A DNA stretch of 64,000 nt, from the NCBI GenBank assembly GCA_963666285.1, contig OY762711.1. The stretch is one strand, 5' to 3'. The stretch is from Sedimentisphaerales bacterium (GTDB lineage: Bacteria; Planctomycetota; Phycisphaerae; Sedimentisphaerales; SM23-30). Below the pieces are notes generated by a model that worked only from the letters and a program-made list of their open reading frames with translations, was not told the DNA's origin and ran no database searches. Both the position numbers and the translations under genes were made by a program. Of this stretch, positions 21,712 to 32,714 are shown piece by piece (the first letter of the stretch is position 1; the number at the start of each line of letters is the position of its first letter).

Positions 21712-22347
21712 TTATAATCCCGGCTTAATCCTGTAAGCTGCCTGGATTAGTTGCTCAGTTGTATTGATTTCAGGGTCAGCTTGCATAGCTCTGGATATCA
21801 GGTCTTGTGCAGCACCGGCATTTTCTCCCAGCTGGATCAATACTTCCATTGCCTCTTTTTCTATGTTGCTTAACAGCTTTGGTGCCTTGCCTGGTTTATG
21901 TTCCGGCATATCGGCAAAATCTCCTAATTTACCTTTAAGTTCTGCTATTATCTGTTCGGCTGTTCGTTTACCGATTTCCGGCAGAGTTTTGAGCATCGCT
22001 GCATCACCGGACTCTATCGACCATGCTATATTGCCCGGTCGCTGAGCCATTGCCCGCAAGGCCTTTTTCATGCCGATTCCCTTAACGCTGGTAAATTTCA
22101 AAAAGAAATCTTTATCTGCTGGTTGTGGAAATCCAACTATTCTGGGTATAAAACTGCTCGCATTTGCGGAGTTACCCTCATAAAACTCCAATGTATAAAG
22201 TGTTATCTCGTGGTTTATCATCATGCTGAGTTCGCTGATGGTATAACCCGGTGCCAGTACTTCATAACATATGGGGCCAACCTCTACCAGCAGGGTATTG
22301 GTTTTACTGTCGAGCTCAAGTAATTTTCCGGTTAATCTTGCTATCAT
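21712..22347 (-). CDS. ruvA: Holliday junction DNA-binding protein RuvA
   Basis: MIARLTGKL, HhH motifs VKGIGMKKA and LPEIGKRTAEQIIAELKGK. Confidence 0.92.
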   Translation of the reverse strand: MIARLTGKLLELDSKTNTLLVEVGPICYEVLAPGYTISELSMMINHEITLYTLEFYEGNSANASSFIPRIVGFPQPADKDFFLKFTSVKGIGMKKALRAMAQRPGNIAWSIESGDAAMLKTLPEIGKRTAEQIIAELKGKLGDFADMPEHKPGKAPKLLSNIEKEAMEVLIQLGENAGAAQDLISRAMQADPEINTTEQLIQAAYRIKPGL

Positions 22348-22437
22348 AATATTTCAAGTATATGCTTATCTTTAAGTTCTTAATGCCTTATTATATCGTT
22401 TTACATGTATTTGTATACAGTTCTTTTTTGGAGATTG

Positions 22438-23685
22438 TTAAACGTGTATTTTGATTATTTCGTCCCAGTTTGTAGTGTATCTACCGGATTTATACTGTGT
22501 GTTTGACTGCCACTTGTCATCCAGTGTTTCACTGGCAAAGTTTATACTGTGTCTGCTCCTGGAATTGATCTTATCTATAACTTTCATTAATCGAGATGAT
22601 TTATCCCGGTCCATTTCATCAAAAAGGGTGCCTTGAACTTTATCTGCCGGTATAAGTGCTGACAGAAGTACACCTGCCTTTACGTATTCTTTTCCTTCGC
22701 AGTAAATGGGTTTCAGTATTCTATTAGCTTCAGTAATAATTTCCGCACTGTCGCACGTAGATGTTTCAAATTCTGTTGTTGCCGAATCATAATACCTGTC
22801 TTCTTTGAAGCGATTAGTCGTAACCATTACCGATATGAGACCTGCGGCCTGGTTGCCGGCTCTTAGCTTTTCCCCGGCCCTCGCTGCAAATCGGCTCACT
22901 GCCGCTGAAAGTGATTCAAGGTTGTTTACTGGTTTGCCAAATGTACGTGATACTGCAATGCTTTTTCTTGCCGGTGGTATGGTGTCTATTTCAAAACAGC
23001 TTAGCCCTCGCAGTTCGTGAACCGTTCTAAGAGTCATAATATTGAAGCGATTTAATATCCATTTATCGTCCATGTCACGAAGCTGAAGGGCGGTGAATAT
23101 CCCGGATTTATTCAATTTGGCACTTATGCGTCGGCCAATTCCCCATATGTCTTCCACTCTTGTCTGTTCTAGTGCCTGGTCATAATAGGGGCTGTTAGCA
23201 AGGTCTAAGACTCCATTGGCTTTTGATGATTTCTTGGCGATATTTGCCGCGACCTTTGCGATAGTTTTGGTTGGGCCTATACCGATTGAAACCGGTATCC
23301 CCGTCCACTTCATTACTGTCTCTTGTATCTCTCTGCATATTGAAGAATTATTTGCACTGTCGAGAAGTGTGATAAAAGCCTCGTCAATTGAGTAAACCTC
23401 TACTTCAGGGGAAAAATGTGAAAGAGTATGCATTACTCTCTGGGACATATTGCCATATAGGGCATAGTTAGAGGAAAACACGGAAACTCCGGCCTGGTAG
23501 ATAAGGCTTCTAACTTTGAACAGGGGGGTACCCATTGCTATACCCATAGCTTTAATCTCGTTGGAACGAGCTACTATGCAGCCGTCATTATTGCTTAATA
23601 CCACTACCGGGCGGTTTTGCAGGTCAGGCCTGAATACCCGTTCGCAAGAGACATAAAAATTGTTGCAATCTACTAGTGCGATCAT
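22438..23685 (-). CDS. umuC: Y-family DNA polymerase V subunit
   Basis: [37 protein letters not shown]-terminal [11 protein letters not shown]. Confidence 0.95.
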   Translation of the reverse strand: MIALVDCNNFYVSCERVFRPDLQNRPVVVLSNNDGCIVARSNEIKAMGIAMGTPLFKVRSLIYQAGVSVFSSNYALYGNMSQRVMHTLSHFSPEVEVYSIDEAFITLLDSANNSSICREIQETVMKWTGIPVSIGIGPTKTIAKVAANIAKKSSKANGVLDLANSPYYDQALEQTRVEDIWGIGRRISAKLNKSGIFTALQLRDMDDKWILNRFNIMTLRTVHELRGLSCFEIDTIPPARKSIAVSRTFGKPVNNLESLSAAVSRFAARAGEKLRAGNQAAGLISVMVTTNRFKEDRYYDSATTEFETSTCDSAEIITEANRILKPIYCEGKEYVKAGVLLSALIPADKVQGTLFDEMDRDKSSRLMKVIDKINSRSRHSINFASETLDDKWQSNTQYKSGRYTTNWDEIIKIHV

Positions 23686-23694
23686 TTTGCAGGA

Positions 23695-24126
23695 TTAAAG
23701 CTTATGTATGACATTAGTTACAACTCCCCATATCTGAAAATCCATATCTTCATGTATTTCCTGTGGGGCATATTCTTCATTTTCCGGTTCGAGGATGAGC
23801 TTATTCTTATATTTCATTAGACGCTTAACTGTTAATTCACCATCTATCGCCGCTATTACCACACTGCGATTTACCGCCTCCAGGCTTCGGTCAACTACCA
23901 GCATATCACCGTCATGGATACCGGCATTAATCATCGAGTTTCCTGTCACACGCACAAAAAAAGTTGCTGCCTGGTTACGGATAAGATATTTGTTAAGATC
24001 AAGCTTACCTTCCTGGTAGTCATCTGCTGGCGAAGGAAATCCAGCTGACACTTTTGCGACATACACCGGCTGAGGACTCGCTGTTCTATCATCTGCTCTA
24101 TAGATGCTTTTTATCCTAATGCTCAT
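23695..24126 (-). CDS. umuD: DNA polymerase V subunit UmuD (S24 peptidase)
   Basis: VSAGFPSPADDY cleavage site, GNSM, ELTVKRL; start moved to ATG at 24126. Confidence 0.93.
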   Translation of the reverse strand: MSIRIKSIYRADDRTASPQPVYVAKVSAGFPSPADDYQEGKLDLNKYLIRNQAATFFVRVTGNSMINAGIHDGDMLVVDRSLEAVNRSVVIAAIDGELTVKRLMKYKNKLILEPENEEYAPQEIHEDMDFQIWGVVTNVIHKL

Positions 24127-24748
24127 CGTAATCTTCCAACTTGAAGCTATAGACAAATTCTTTAAGCGGCATCATGCTCTTTTTGTCGAAGTCATGCCTG
24201 AATGTCGGCAGTTCATCCCATGCGGCTTTCGGACTCTTGCCGTTATACTTTATCTCGTATAATGCTACCATTACCCCTGTTCTTACAACTCCCTGTTCGC
24301 AATGTAGTAAAACCGGATGGTTGGCCGGGTCGTCCATTATCTCAAACCATTTTTTTACATCTGCTTCTGTCGGCAAATCCTTACCCTTGATTGGAATGTG
24401 ATAGAAATTCAAATTGTTTTCTTTACAGAAGTTTTTTTCATTTTCATACCAGTTGACCTCCCAGTCTCCTTCTGTTTGCAAACGCATACTCACAATTGAC
24501 TTAATCCCGTATTTCTTGGCAACATATTCCAGGTTGTACGGTCGCAGCGATCCGCAGCGATACAGGACATCATCCTTGACTGTTTTGAAATGGTATGGTC
24601 CCAGCTTATGCCTGGCGACAAAAAACAAGGTGATTCCAACTATCAAAATGATAGCGATTAAGTGGCCTTTATTAATGCCTTTCTTACCTGTTTTTATTGG
24701 CTCAGAATCATTAGGGCTTTCTAGTTTAGGTTCATTATTTTCTGGCAT
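24116..24748 (-). CDS. Membrane-anchored tyrosine/dual-specificity phosphatase-like protein
   Basis: HCEQGVVRTG (CX5R) motif, N-terminal TM. Confidence 0.85.
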   Translation of the reverse strand: MPENNEPKLESPNDSEPIKTGKKGINKGHLIAIILIVGITLFFVARHKLGPYHFKTVKDDVLYRCGSLRPYNLEYVAKKYGIKSIVSMRLQTEGDWEVNWYENEKNFCKENNLNFYHIPIKGKDLPTEADVKKWFEIMDDPANHPVLLHCEQGVVRTGVMVALYEIKYNGKSPKAAWDELPTFRHDFDKKSMMPLKEFVYSFKLEDYDEH

Positions 24749-24765
24749 TTACTTTTCCTGTTTAT

Positions 24766-25722
24766 CTATTTGTTTCTGAATATTCGTTTTTTTATCGCTT
24801 TTGTGATATTTTCTGGCTCGACTCTTATCTCTCGGATTATAGCCTGCAATCTGGCGCAAAGCATAGTAAATCCGTTTGCCTTATTGCCAAATTCTATCAT
24901 CTTGTGATAAGCAGCTACGTCACAGGTGCATACCGGGGAAAGGCATGGCATTGCGGACTTATATAATGCAAAGGTTTTATCAGGGATACTGCCTAGCTTA
25001 CCGCCTAGCTGCGGCATCCAGCATCTGTACGCTTTGCCGTCGATATTAACCGCAATAAAATTATACCCCGTTCGGCATATTGTGCTGCATAACTGGTTGT
25101 TTTTGTCGTCAACCTTTTTCTTTTTGTCTTTATATATATGCTTGACGATTCTATCTGAATATTGGACAAACTTACCATCATCTACACAATGGCGGAAATG
25201 GAAAGTTACTCCTCTTTCTGACAGCCTCTTCTCCATCTCGCATAAATCTTCAAAATTTTCTTCCGTAACAACTGCGGATACTGTAAATCTGCACGTGTCA
25301 GATTTATGCCCCTGGAACCAGGCACATTTCTCTACGAAATCATCCCGGTCTTTAACCTGTTGTATGTGCAGGCTTGCATTCATCAGGTTGAGTTTATCAC
25401 CGGTAGCTTCGAGATATTCTTCAAGTTTCTTTTGCGAACACGAAAAATTTGTTGTCAAACTTAATGTGTGTCCCATGTCGGCTATTGCTTTACTGATCTC
25501 GATAAACCTTGGATGTACAAAAGGCTCTCCTCCAATGAGTTTTACATGGCAGCTGCCGTCTAAACTGCCAAATAGATTTAGCATACTTTCAGTTACACTG
25601 TCTGGGCTATGCTTATTATCTTTTGTGTTCTGGGTGTTGCTGCAGCAATATTCACATGCATAATTACACCTGGTAGTAAGCATCCATTCAATGCACTTTA
25701 TTGGCAATTTTGTATCTTTCAT
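24766..25722 (-). CDS. Radical SAM protein with Cys-rich twitch/SPASM-like C-terminus
   Basis: CNYACEYC (CxxxCxxC), GGEPF, CRTG...DGKAYRC. Confidence 0.88.
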   Translation of the reverse strand: MKDTKLPIKCIEWMLTTRCNYACEYCCSNTQNTKDNKHSPDSVTESMLNLFGSLDGSCHVKLIGGEPFVHPRFIEISKAIADMGHTLSLTTNFSCSQKKLEEYLEATGDKLNLMNASLHIQQVKDRDDFVEKCAWFQGHKSDTCRFTVSAVVTEENFEDLCEMEKRLSERGVTFHFRHCVDDGKFVQYSDRIVKHIYKDKKKKVDDKNNQLCSTICRTGYNFIAVNIDGKAYRCWMPQLGGKLGSIPDKTFALYKSAMPCLSPVCTCDVAAYHKMIEFGNKANGFTMLCARLQAIIREIRVEPENITKAIKKRIFRNK

Positions 25723-25770
25723 TTTTATCTGGATTTATGACTGATATTCTTTTTATTGTCTCTGCTCCAA

Positions 25771-25994
25771 GTTTACTTTCGCAGTTTTTAAGTTGCGATA
25801 AGGAAGTGCCTCTGGTAAATCGTCTAAAAGGACTTCCTGCAACGCTTTGATTTTAAACTAAGTATGAGACGATAGTCGAATACCTTAATTTTTCATTATT
25901 CATTTTTCACTTAATTGGCCCTGTTCTGGCCTTTGCGTGTAATGTTGAACAGTCAAAAGTACGCTATGCATATGATGCGAAGCATAAACCGCAC
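25771..25994 (+). mobile_element. MITE-like element copy 1 (core B, long right end)
   Basis: GTTTACTTTCGCAG...AAACCGCAC; flanked by CTCCAA at 25765-25770 and 25995-26000. Confidence 0.88.
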
Positions 25995-26017
25995 CTCCAA
26001 TATAGCTGCTGTAAAAT

Positions 26018-26057
26018 AAAAAAACCGCAGCCATCAGTGTGATATGCTACGGTTTTT
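26018..26057 (-). terminator. Intrinsic terminator after serC
   Basis: aaaaaccgcagc...gctacggttttt inverted repeat. Confidence 0.6.
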
Positions 26058-26095
26058 GTCGTTATTAGTAAAGAAAATTATACTTCAGGGCTGTT

Positions 26096-27187
26096 TTACC
26101 CTTTTTTAGCAGAAAATTCTTTCATCAGGTCACACAAGGCCTGAACGCTTTCTGTTGCTACTGCGTTATAGATAGAAGCACGGATACCGCCGATACTGCG
26201 ATGGCCTTTTAGACCGATCATATTATTGGATTTAGCTTCCTTGATGAATTCTGCTTCCAGTTCTGGTGTTGGCAGATTGAACACGACATTCATCTTTGAA
26301 CGATCTTCTGGTGCTATAGTATTAACATAGAAACCGTTTGAGTTGTCTATCGCATCATACAGCATAGCAGCTTTTGCATTATTGATCTTTTCAATACCGG
26401 CTAAACCACCTTTGCCTTTAACCCACTTCAGCACTTTGCCCATCACGTAAATACCGAAACTAGGCGGAGTATTGAATAATGAGTTATTGTCAATATGAGT
26501 TTTATAGCTCAGCATTGTAGGTAGTCCGTCGTTCATCTTTTCTATGATGTCTTTACGAATTGCTACCAGAGCCACACCGGATGGTCCCAGGTTCTTTTGG
26601 GCTCCGGCATAGATTATACCAAATGGCTTTGGATCAAATACACGTGACATGATATCACTTGACATATCTGCTACCAGTGGTACTCCCGCTGTATCAGGGA
26701 ACTGCGACCACTGTGTGCCGTAAATTGTGTTATTTGATGTTATATGGCAATATACTGCGTTGGCATCCAGTTTTAGATCGGCCTGTTTTGGCATTGCCTT
26801 AAATACGCCGCCTTCCAGTTCCATATTTGCTGCTACATTTACTTTGCCAAATAGCTTGGCTTCTTTGATAGCCTTTTTACTCCATGTACCTGTATTGATA
26901 TAGTCAGCTGATTTACCTTCGCTCAGCAGGTTCATTGGTATCAGGGCAAATTGCATGCTCGCACCACCCTGGATCAGGATAACTTCAAAGTCGTCGCCTA
27001 AACCCATCAGTTCTTTGGCGTTTGCTATTGTCTCATTATGTACAGCATCAAATTCCGACGAGCGGTGTGAGGTCTCCATGATACTGGTGCCAGTACCCTG
27101 ATAGTCGAGTAGTTCCTCACATGCCTCCTGCAATACTTCTGTTGGAATTGCAGACGGTCCGGCATAAAAATTATGCGCTCTAGTCAT
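26096..27187 (-). CDS. serC: Phosphoserine aminotransferase
   Basis: NFYAGPS, SHRS, DMSSD, AGAQKNLGPSG, GHRSIGGIRASIYNA. Confidence 0.97.
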   Translation of the reverse strand: MTRAHNFYAGPSAIPTEVLQEACEELLDYQGTGTSIMETSHRSSEFDAVHNETIANAKELMGLGDDFEVILIQGGASMQFALIPMNLLSEGKSADYINTGTWSKKAIKEAKLFGKVNVAANMELEGGVFKAMPKQADLKLDANAVYCHITSNNTIYGTQWSQFPDTAGVPLVADMSSDIMSRVFDPKPFGIIYAGAQKNLGPSGVALVAIRKDIIEKMNDGLPTMLSYKTHIDNNSLFNTPPSFGIYVMGKVLKWVKGKGGLAGIEKINNAKAAMLYDAIDNSNGFYVNTIAPEDRSKMNVVFNLPTPELEAEFIKEAKSNNMIGLKGHRSIGGIRASIYNAVATESVQALCDLMKEFSAKKG

Positions 27188-27253
27188 TTTGATGTCTCCT
27201 TAGTTAAAGTATATATTAAAATTTAAGAGTGTGGCACAACCAAAAAGCCAACT

Positions 27254-28567
27254 CTACCTAACTTTATTGATTGTTAGACCCGAGAAGATCTTCGGGTAGA
27301 AAAATGTCGATTTCTGCGGCATCTTTTCTCCTGTGGCCGCAACATCTTCAACTGACGATGGGGGTACTGTATTCATCAGGAACAGGCCCTGGGCCTGGCC
27401 GCTGTCGACCTTGTCGATTGCACGCATTACGGCATCGCCCAGGTCTTTTATGTAATCTACATTACTCTGGGCTGTTAATGCCTCTTGGTCTATCCCCAGG
27501 TGCTTCTCCAGGATTGCCTTATGTAGAACTGCTACATCAAGCTTACGCCATGCCGGGCTGTTTTCCGGTGCCAGGGGTTCCATAATTGCAAGATCTTTCA
27601 ATGTTGCGATATAGAAACCGCCATCGTTGAAATACATGCCAAATGCGTTATTTCCGGTCTCAAGTTCAACTTTTAATGCGTCAATAACATCGGTCAGCTT
27701 ATTTTTCTTATCAACTATATCTGTAAAGTCCATACGGGCGATATCAAAATCTTCGCTCATATCTGTTAGCAGCTTACTGATATCAAATGTTGCCAGGTCA
27801 CGTACCAGTCTGTGTGTAGGCAATACCACCAGGCCTTCGTTATGAGCATTGATAAAGGTCATCATGCAGTATTTGGTAGATTCCAGGCCGGTTTCGTTCA
27901 TGAAATTTAGTGATGTTTCATAGCGATGATGACCATCAGCGATAAATACGTTTTTGTCAACCATTGTTTTCTGGGCTGTCTCGATTTTAGCAGTGTCTGT
28001 TATCGCATATAGCTCATGGAGTACGCCGTCATCATCTTTGGTGCTCAGCAGGGCGGTTCCTTCGCAGGCCTCGGCTAGCAATGCGTCAATAGTCTTTTCC
28101 TCATCAGAATACATCATGAATATCTGACCGATCTGACAGCCAATAGCCCTCATCAGGTTCAACCTGTCTGCCTTAGGTCCTGCCAGGGTTTTTTCGTGAG
28201 GCTTGATTGCTCCGCCATATTCTTCCAGTTCGCCCAACGCGATAAAGCCGTTACGGCGATAGGTTTCACCGTTAATTGTGAAAGACTGAGAGTATACATA
28301 AATCGCAGGGGTATCATCCTGCTTCAAAGCACCTTTTTCAATGAATTCATTGATATATGATGCTGCTCGTGTGTAAACATTTTCCGTCTCTGTATCTGTA
28401 TCAAATTTCTTGCCTTTGATTACTCTGGCAATATTAAAATCGTTCTGGACATACAGCTTTTCCTGCTGGTCAGGATCGATCACATCATAAGGTGGCGCAA
28501 TACATGCTCCGGCATCTCCTGTGACCTCTTTATCGTACCTGTAACCGCAAAATGGCTTTATTTTCAT
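27254..28567 (-). CDS. DUF1015 family protein
   Basis: APPYDVI, PHEKT, IADGHHRYE, MPQKSTFFYPK; adjacent to serC. Confidence 0.9.
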   Translation of the reverse strand: MKIKPFCGYRYDKEVTGDAGACIAPPYDVIDPDQQEKLYVQNDFNIARVIKGKKFDTDTETENVYTRAASYINEFIEKGALKQDDTPAIYVYSQSFTINGETYRRNGFIALGELEEYGGAIKPHEKTLAGPKADRLNLMRAIGCQIGQIFMMYSDEEKTIDALLAEACEGTALLSTKDDDGVLHELYAITDTAKIETAQKTMVDKNVFIADGHHRYETSLNFMNETGLESTKYCMMTFINAHNEGLVVLPTHRLVRDLATFDISKLLTDMSEDFDIARMDFTDIVDKKNKLTDVIDALKVELETGNNAFGMYFNDGGFYIATLKDLAIMEPLAPENSPAWRKLDVAVLHKAILEKHLGIDQEALTAQSNVDYIKDLGDAVMRAIDKVDSGQAQGLFLMNTVPPSSVEDVAATGEKMPQKSTFFYPKIFSGLTINKVR

Positions 28568-28816
28568 TCTATATTTCCTGTGTTATCTACTGGGTAAAAT
28601 CTTAATCCCTTGTCCAGCAATGACTTAATGCCGGACACTTGCTCAGGTATTTTGCTTTTTACCCCACATTTTTCTTGTTTTTTTACAAAATACGCCCGTA
28701 TTATACCCGATTATTTTCGATAGTCAAACAAAGAAGAAAGAAAATTGATATTTTTTTATCGATTTGGGGGTTTTATATAAACCAACTCAATATCAGTATA
28801 TTCTTCAGCGCAAATA

Positions 28817-28846
28817 AAAAAACGAGGGCAGATTTTGCCCTCGTTT
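28817..28846. terminator. Hairpin, probable terminator of the TRAP operon
   Basis: aaacgagggca-gattt-tgccctcgttt with A run. Confidence 0.6.
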
Positions 28847-28950
28847 GCATAGTCAATACTATTGATAGATTATTATTTACTCAAAGTGACCGATTTTACA
28901 TTTTTTATTGCGGTAACATAATTCAATGCAAATTGTTATATTAATGATTA

Positions 28951-29042
28951 AATTAGCTTGCCGCTTTGCGGCAAACCTTCCCTAATACCAAATAACTAAT
29001 ACCTAATACCTCTCAAACTGACCATCGGTCAGTTTGAGTTAT
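28951..29042. repeat. 92-bp REP-like repeat, copy A
   Basis: Differs from 33627-33718 at 2 positions; two hairpins separated by CCTAATA-type heptamers. Confidence 0.9.
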
Positions 29043-30694
29043 TTACTTTCTGGCTGTTTTCCTTTGTCAGCTTCGGGCTCTGCAGAGGACTTTTCGTCAC
29101 TTACGGTTTCAGGCTTAACATCAGTATCATTTGCTGTTTCTGCTGATTGTTCTGCTTCTGCCTTGCTGCCGAAGTTCTCATCCCATATTTTCATGGTCTT
29201 ATCTACATCTTCCTGTTTGATCAAACCTGTCTGAACCGGCATCCACAGTGACACCTTAGGTATATATGTTATAACCATCAGTGCCGCGATCATCGCCAGG
29301 AAAAACGGGATCATTGTCTTGGTAACTTTAGCAATAGTTGTTTTGCCTACACCGCAGCCGATAAACAGACATGTTCCAACCGGCGGGGTACACAAACCGA
29401 TACAAAGGTTAGCAATCAGCATTATACCAAAATGTACTTCATGCATACCGAACTGCTTTACTACCGGCAGAAAGATCGGCGTAAAGATCAGCACCGCAGG
29501 TGTCATATCCATAAAGGTACCAACAAACAGCAGCAGGATATTAATCGTCAGCAGGATAACAAATGGGTTATCTGACATTCCGATCAATGCGGCACTGACA
29601 GTCTGTGGAATATCTGCTATTGTCATAATCCAGCTCATACCCTGGCTTGCACCAATCAGCAGCATAACAACCGCTGTTGTTATACCTGTCTGCTTGAGTA
29701 TCTCCGGCATATCTTTTATCGGTATCTCTTTGTAAAAGATTACTGACAAAATGAACGCGTATAAAACGGCTATTGCTGCCGCTTCTGTTGGGGTAAATAC
29801 TCCGCCCAGGATTCCGCCTATCACAATTACTATTAGCAGCAGGCTGGGGTATGCCTCCGTGGTTTCAGCACTGTAACTTTTTGCCAGCTTAAAGATGTCT
29901 CGTGCTACTGGCCAGATTATTGATATGATTATTATTACCAGCGGCAGGCTGAAATACACTTTCCAGTTTGACAAACTTTGAAAACATACCAGAAATGCAA
30001 AATATGACAACATTGTCATTACTCCGCACGCTGTCATGCTGAGACTTATGTTATAGAGCGTGGAAAATGAAAAACTGCCTTCCGGCTTATATTTCTTGAT
30101 AAATGCGAAATAGCCGCATACTAACATGATAAATAATCCGCTTAGAATGCCTGGCAGTATTCCCGCCATAAACATTGCCGCGATAGAAACACTTCCAGCC
30201 GCTACTGAATATACGATCATAACGTTACTTGGAGGTATAAGCAGGCCGGTTGTTGCCGCGGTAGTCGTTACCGCTACATTAAACTCTTTATTGTAACCTT
30301 TTCGGTTCATCTCAGGGATCATAAATCCACCTACTGATGATACCGCCGCGGCCGCTGAACCGGATATACTGCCAAACAGCATACAGGTCAGGGTATTTAC
30401 ATACGCCAGCCCGCCCGGCATCATGCCTACCAGCGTAGAGGCAAAATCTATCAAACGTCTTGCCATACCGCCGCGGCCCATCAAATGGCCAGAAAAAATG
30501 AAAAACGGGATTGCCAGCAAAGCAAAACTATTCACGCCGTTTGCCATCTTGGATGCCATCATAACCATTGGGTCTGCTGTACCGTTTGCGGCAACAGCAG
30601 CAAATGCTGCCAGGCCAATTGCTATTGCGATTGGTACATTACTAACCAGCAGGAGAACAAAAACGACAACTAGTATTAATGCTATTGTACCCAT
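29039..30694 (-). CDS. dctM: TRAP transporter large permease
   Basis: LLAIPFFIFSG, FGSISGSA, IPPS, GVFTPTEAAA, IGLCTPPVG. Confidence 0.93.
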   Translation of the reverse strand: MGTIALILVVVFVLLLVSNVPIAIAIGLAAFAAVAANGTADPMVMMASKMANGVNSFALLAIPFFIFSGHLMGRGGMARRLIDFASTLVGMMPGGLAYVNTLTCMLFGSISGSAAAAVSSVGGFMIPEMNRKGYNKEFNVAVTTTAATTGLLIPPSNVMIVYSVAAGSVSIAAMFMAGILPGILSGLFIMLVCGYFAFIKKYKPEGSFSFSTLYNISLSMTACGVMTMLSYFAFLVCFQSLSNWKVYFSLPLVIIIISIIWPVARDIFKLAKSYSAETTEAYPSLLLIVIVIGGILGGVFTPTEAAAIAVLYAFILSVIFYKEIPIKDMPEILKQTGITTAVVMLLIGASQGMSWIMTIADIPQTVSAALIGMSDNPFVILLTINILLLFVGTFMDMTPAVLIFTPIFLPVVKQFGMHEVHFGIMLIANLCIGLCTPPVGTCLFIGCGVGKTTIAKVTKTMIPFFLAMIAALMVITYIPKVSLWMPVQTGLIKQEDVDKTMKIWDENFGSKAEAEQSAETANDTDVKPETVSDEKSSAEPEADKGKQPESK

Positions 30695-31266
30695 TAGTTC
30701 GCCTCCTCCTGTATTTCTTGCTTATCTTGAACCGGTTCTTCGACTTCTGCTTCCGGCTTTGTTAGAATGCATTCCAGCAATTGCTCCAGTGTGAATACTA
30801 TTATAAATATTCCGGCTATCGGCACCGCGGCATAAACATAACCCATTTTTAATTGCAGGGCAGGGGTGAGCTGGGCCTTTATCAGTTCTCCATTTGGGCC
30901 GATTTTTTCCAGGTTGTCTGTTACCAGGGTATGACCACCCTTTATGAACACAAAAACGGTGAAAGCAAGAACTGCAATATAACTGAATATCTCCATTATC
31001 TTTCGGGCGGAAGGAGCCATTAGTCCGACAAAATAATCTACTCCCAGGTGGGCCTTTTCGCCAAATGCCGCGGCACTGCCCAGCATTGACACCCAGATCA
31101 GCAGAAACCTTGCCAGCTCTTCTGTCCATTTTGCCTGACCGTCCAGCAAATGCCTGGTTATTACCCCCCAGAGCACGTCCAGTGTCAGTACTGCAACTGC
31201 TATGATCAGGGCAAACTCTAAAATCCTGCATAGCACAATTCGGATTATCTTTAGGGTCGCCAGCAT
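30694..31266 (-). CDS. dctQ: TRAP transporter small permease
   Basis: WTEELARFLLIW, HLGVD; lies between dctP and dctM. Confidence 0.92.
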   Translation of the reverse strand: MLATLKIIRIVLCRILEFALIIAVAVLTLDVLWGVITRHLLDGQAKWTEELARFLLIWVSMLGSAAAFGEKAHLGVDYFVGLMAPSARKIMEIFSYIAVLAFTVFVFIKGGHTLVTDNLEKIGPNGELIKAQLTPALQLKMGYVYAAVPIAGIFIIVFTLEQLLECILTKPEAEVEEPVQDKQEIQEEAN

Positions 31267-31267
31267 A

Positions 31268-32293
31268 TTATTTGATCCCCCGGATTTCTTCGATTAGTTT
31301 CTTGATTGCCGCATCCTTCGGGTCATCATCTTTTAGTTTATCATACATCGGCTGTACCTTATCTGCAAACAGCTTTGTATCTACTTCGTAGATTGTAACG
31401 CCTTCTTCTTTCGCCTGCTCCAAAGACTCTGCTGTCATTTTTTTCCATAGCTCACGCTGGTACACAGAAGATTTGTTTGCCGCCTCTTGTACCCATTTCT
31501 GCTCTTCCGGCGATAGGCTGTCCCATACATAGGTGCTTATCCATAGGATATCGGGTACCATTGTATGACCGTCCAGGGTAAAATGCTTACATACTTCGTA
31601 GTGCTTGTTAGAGGTAAAACTTGGCGGGTTGTTTTCCGCTCCTTCAACAGTACCCTGTGCCAGGGCAGTATACAGCTCACCCCAGGCAATTGGGGTTGGG
31701 TTGCCGCCCAGTGTTTCTACCATGTCCATCGCGGTTTTACTGTTCATTACCCGGATCTTCATGCCGTCAAGATCAGCCGGGGTCTTGATTGGCTTGTTAA
31801 CTGTATAAAAATTCCTGCTCCCGCTGTCATAATAGCATAGGCCTTTTAGGTGCGTTGGTATTGCTTTATCCAGCATCTTTTTACCTACATCACTTTCCAG
31901 GACATTCCAGTAATGTTCCGAATTCCTAAACAAATATGGCATCCCAAATACAGAATATGAGTCCTCAAAGTTCTCGGCCGCAGCCGCTGAGGTCTTGGTC
32001 ATCGCCAGTGAGCCGTCACGAAGCTGCTCAATGCATTGCGGTTCGGAGCCCAGTGTGCTGCTCGGATATATACTTATTTTCATCTTACCGCCCGAGATCT
32101 CTTCCAGCTGCTTGCCCATATATTCCATTGCAATATGGACTGGGTGGTTGGTGTCCAGGCTGTGGCCCAGTTTAAGGACCTTGGCATCTGAGCCCAGGCT
32201 TCCGGCATTCCTTACATAAAGGGCAAAACCGCCTGCTGTTACTATCGCACCGATCAGGAGACCGCAAAAAAAGAATGATAATGAATGTTTCAT
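31268..32293 (-). CDS. dctP: TRAP transporter substrate-binding protein
   Basis: DLDGMKIRVM, WGELYTALAQG, GAENN. Confidence 0.93.
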   Translation of the reverse strand: MKHSLSFFFCGLLIGAIVTAGGFALYVRNAGSLGSDAKVLKLGHSLDTNHPVHIAMEYMGKQLEEISGGKMKISIYPSSTLGSEPQCIEQLRDGSLAMTKTSAAAAENFEDSYSVFGMPYLFRNSEHYWNVLESDVGKKMLDKAIPTHLKGLCYYDSGSRNFYTVNKPIKTPADLDGMKIRVMNSKTAMDMVETLGGNPTPIAWGELYTALAQGTVEGAENNPPSFTSNKHYEVCKHFTLDGHTMVPDILWISTYVWDSLSPEEQKWVQEAANKSSVYQRELWKKMTAESLEQAKEEGVTIYEVDTKLFADKVQPMYDKLKDDDPKDAAIKKLIEEIRGIK

Positions 32294-32714
32294 AGTATTA
32301 TTTAACCTTTCAAACAAATTTATTGATTAGAAAGCTGTGATCCTGAATTACTGATTTTAATATATCTTTATTACTTATTCAAGTTCCTTATATGAATAAA
32401 CAGTTGGTTATTGTGCAATTATTTTTTTCTTTTAAAAGTATTTTTTTGCCTTAACTATATGATTTGCAGTTAGTTAATATGAATTGCTCGATGTGGTTTA
32501 TGTCTGTATTGGTCAATAAGTGTATTTTGGTGTAGTGAAATGTTCACTTTGAACAATAATTGTTGTTGTTTAGGCCTTTGGGGTGGTTCGGCATGCTCAA
32601 AGGCATTATTTTTGTTGTAATATTTTCACTGATGTGTTAATTTTAATATTGGTCCTTGTGGCGGCTGTTGCTTGAAAAGAAATTTTGTGCTTATTTTCAT
32701 TCTGGAGATTAGTT

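Noticed and set aside
24926..25663. 245-aa plus-strand ORF
   Set aside because: Antisense shadow of the radical SAM gene
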